From the NCBI GenBank assembly GCA_001179505.1, contig CDMY01000488.1, positions 186,001 to 250,000 of the forward strand: a stretch of DNA of 64,000 bases, read 5' to 3'. Position 1 is the first letter of the stretch, and each line of letters begins with the position of its first letter. Source of the stretch: Vitrella brassicaformis CCMP3155. Lineage: Eukaryota; Protista; Chromerida. The position numbers and the translations under genes were made by a program. Positions 61,768 to 64,000 of this stretch are shown here, piece after piece. The notes below the pieces were generated by a model. That model had not been told where the DNA came from, ran no database searches, and saw nothing but the letters and a program-made list of their open reading frames with translations.

Positions 61768-64000
61768 CTACTGCATGGCACACTTGTCGGCCGCCAGCCC
61801 AGTGAGGTCGCCCAGGCGGCGCTTCTTGAGCACCACATCCATCCGGCCGCCTGTCCAGTCTGTGTGGTCGAGGAAGTCGCCCCTGGCCCCGCAGTGGCAC
61901 ATGCGATACCTCGTGCGGATGTCGCCGGTGAATGCCTTGAGGAAGGGATACTTGCCCTCGTCGGGCTTGATGTCGTCTCCATCATCGCTCCAGGAGAGCA
62001 CCGGCTGGGCATCTGCGGAAGTCAGCAGTACGGGGGAACATGTGCCATCACATGGATGCATTCATTCTCTCGGTCGTTGCTCACATTCCCGTGTGTTGAC
62101 GGTCAGCACGACACTGTTGGGCTGCAGCATGAGGATCAGGTCATAGTACACGCGGAAGTGGTCAGGCGAGTAGGGGGGTGGGTTCTGATCCTGCAATGGG
62201 TAGTTGTACTGAAGTCGCGGACAGACAGAAGAATGGCAGAGGAACATGGCAATTACTGATGCATCCAGTGCAGCGCACCTCTGTCTTGACGTGCATTGTG
62301 AGCTGGCGGAGCGAGAGGCGCTCCTGCATGGCGGTCCACAAGGCGCCGCCTTTCTCAGGCACCACCAGGGGGCTCTCCTGCACCTCCGTCCGCACCTCCA
62401 GCTCGTCCAGACACACACGCTTGGTGCCCCCCTCCCCTGGTTGAGCCGCAGTGCCCTCAAACAGACACGCAAATGCGTCAAAGGCCGCCCACCTGAACAC
62501 CGACAGACCAGCTATGACCCCACCGATCCGACCCACCCCACCCCCACCACCTACCAGGGCACACAAATGAGTCGAACAGTGTGTAGTGTGTGCGGCATGG
62601 TCTTGAGGAGCCGTTGCAATGGGTCGGACAGCGTGTAATGGTTGGTTGGGGGCGGAGGGAGCCGGCTTCCCGCCTCTTCCCTGGTCAGAGGGAACTGAGG
62701 TGGGAGGGGCGGCCCTTCTCGTAAACGCCATCCTCCGTGAATCGGTGCTTGTGGTAAGTAATGTGGTCCTTGACAGACTGGTACTCGACCTGCTCGAGGG
62801 TCAGCACCTCGACACTCTTCCAGCCCCCAACCGTCCAACCGGCAATCTACAAGACGGGACGGACAGCAAAGGAGAGGGAGAGAGATGCAAACGGGTGCGT
62901 CCACGGATCCCGGCGTCCTCACTAACCGCATCATGGCCGACGTAGCCGCGAGTGGAGTCGCCACACCTGATGATAAGGTACTTGGTCTTGTCGAACACAA
63001 CCGGTCGGCCACTCGAGTCGGTGAGGTCCCAGCAGTCGTCCCACGGCTGCGAAAACTCGTGATAGGTCATCTCCACCGTGATGGCCTGTTGCAGTGCTCG
63101 CTTGACGATGTCCCGGATAGAACCTCTCATCTCTGGGGGGCACGTGTCAGCTGGCCTCCATCTCTTGAGGGAGGAGCCCCTCAGCTCAACGAAACTTCCT
63201 TTCGGCAGCACACAGTACCCTACAACGACGACACAATGAATGACCTGATGTATGTGTGTATGTCTGCCTGACGATTCCTTTCTCGCATGTCTGTCGTACC
63301 ACGGCTCTCCAGTTCGACCAGCAGCTGCATGCCTGCCGGGCCGTACAGCTCGCCACTGCTGCTGCGGTGACGTGTTGGATTGAATGAGGCCGGGAGGGTC
63401 GACCTGAAGGTCAGGTTGCGGTAGAAGACACCGATGCATTTCTGGAGTGCCGGCGGCCGGATGCGGATGCACGGCAGGCCGGCAAGAAGTCGATCAATCT
63501 CCTTATCGTGTGGCACGGAGACCATGTCACCCATCGACTCGAGGCTGCCGCCGCGCATCTCGAGTGCCGTGCCGCATATGTGTGTGGGCAGAGGGAACAC
63601 CTCAAAGCGGCGGATGTGGGGCGAATGGGCCAGCAGATGACGCAGCACGTCATGGTACCAGTAGTTCTCCTCTGTGCTTGTGGTTAGGTCGAGCACTTGA
63701 GATCTCTCGCTGCAGAACTTGGCCCTGAGTGTCCTAAGGTTGGGTGTCTTCCACTGCAAGGACCGAAACACCTTCAGAGCCCGAACTAGGTCCACATCGA
63801 TATCCGTCAACGCTGGAAACGTCCGCGCCGCGCCGACAAGGCTCGCCTCCTCAACACCACCGTAGTCCCATCCAGGGCTGGGCACGTCCGACTTGATGGC
63901 CCTTATCTTGTCACCGTGCTGCTGCATTGTTGTGACGAAGAACCGCAGCACATCATCGTCAAAGCTGGTCTCGCCCTCGGCCGCCACGAGAATGATCTTC
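61768..64000 (-). CDS. Inverted paralog of the gene at 1-2377; 5' end lies outside the window
   Basis: Alignable peptides (RTFPALTDIDV, WKTPNL, PWDDxWxLTDSSG, KPVLSWSD...RMCHCGARGD) with shared intron positions. Confidence 0.75.

Noticed and set aside
1-64000. Autonomous transposons, rRNA, tRNA or spliceosomal snRNA genes
   Set aside because: I recognised no RT, integrase, transposase or Rep/helicase motifs and no conserved RNA signatures by eye. A covariance-model search would be needed to exclude them fully.

Overview
Eukaryotic, GC-rich, intron-dense genomic DNA with (GT/CA)n, (GACA)n and (CATC)n microsatellites in introns and intergenic tracts. It contains ApiAP2, CPW-WPC, oocyst-wall-protein-like, BTB-TLDc, F-box-like and intronless ankyrin-like families, which points by inference to a chromerid alveolate, most likely Vitrella brassicaformis. 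About 18 genes or gene relics and four 300-N scaffold gaps. Recognisable genes: a 3-AP2 ApiAP2 factor, a BTB-TLDc gene with a frameshift, two head-to-head NEK kinases, a CPW-WPC protein, STEEP1/UPF0428 with a C2H2 finger, three copies of a secreted CPKGY-repeat wall protein, the PP6 catalytic subunit, an ankyrin-like ORF and an IQ-motif protein. Most notable: (1) a 10-exon gene that I spliced by hand encodes a signal peptide, an AP2-like domain and an unknown ~400-aa region; (2) the long-range paralogous pairs are inverted and concentrically nested, including a ~4 kb-arm palindrome of wall-protein genes, a captured PP6 exon, and an inverted copy of the CPW-WPC/F-box block whose F-box body is replaced by an intronless ankyrin-like cassette; (3) an 82-bp patch is nearly identical between two otherwise diverged, divergently transcribed NEK kinases. 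All family calls come from motif recognition by eye; no database searches were run, and multi-exon boundaries are approximate unless stated.
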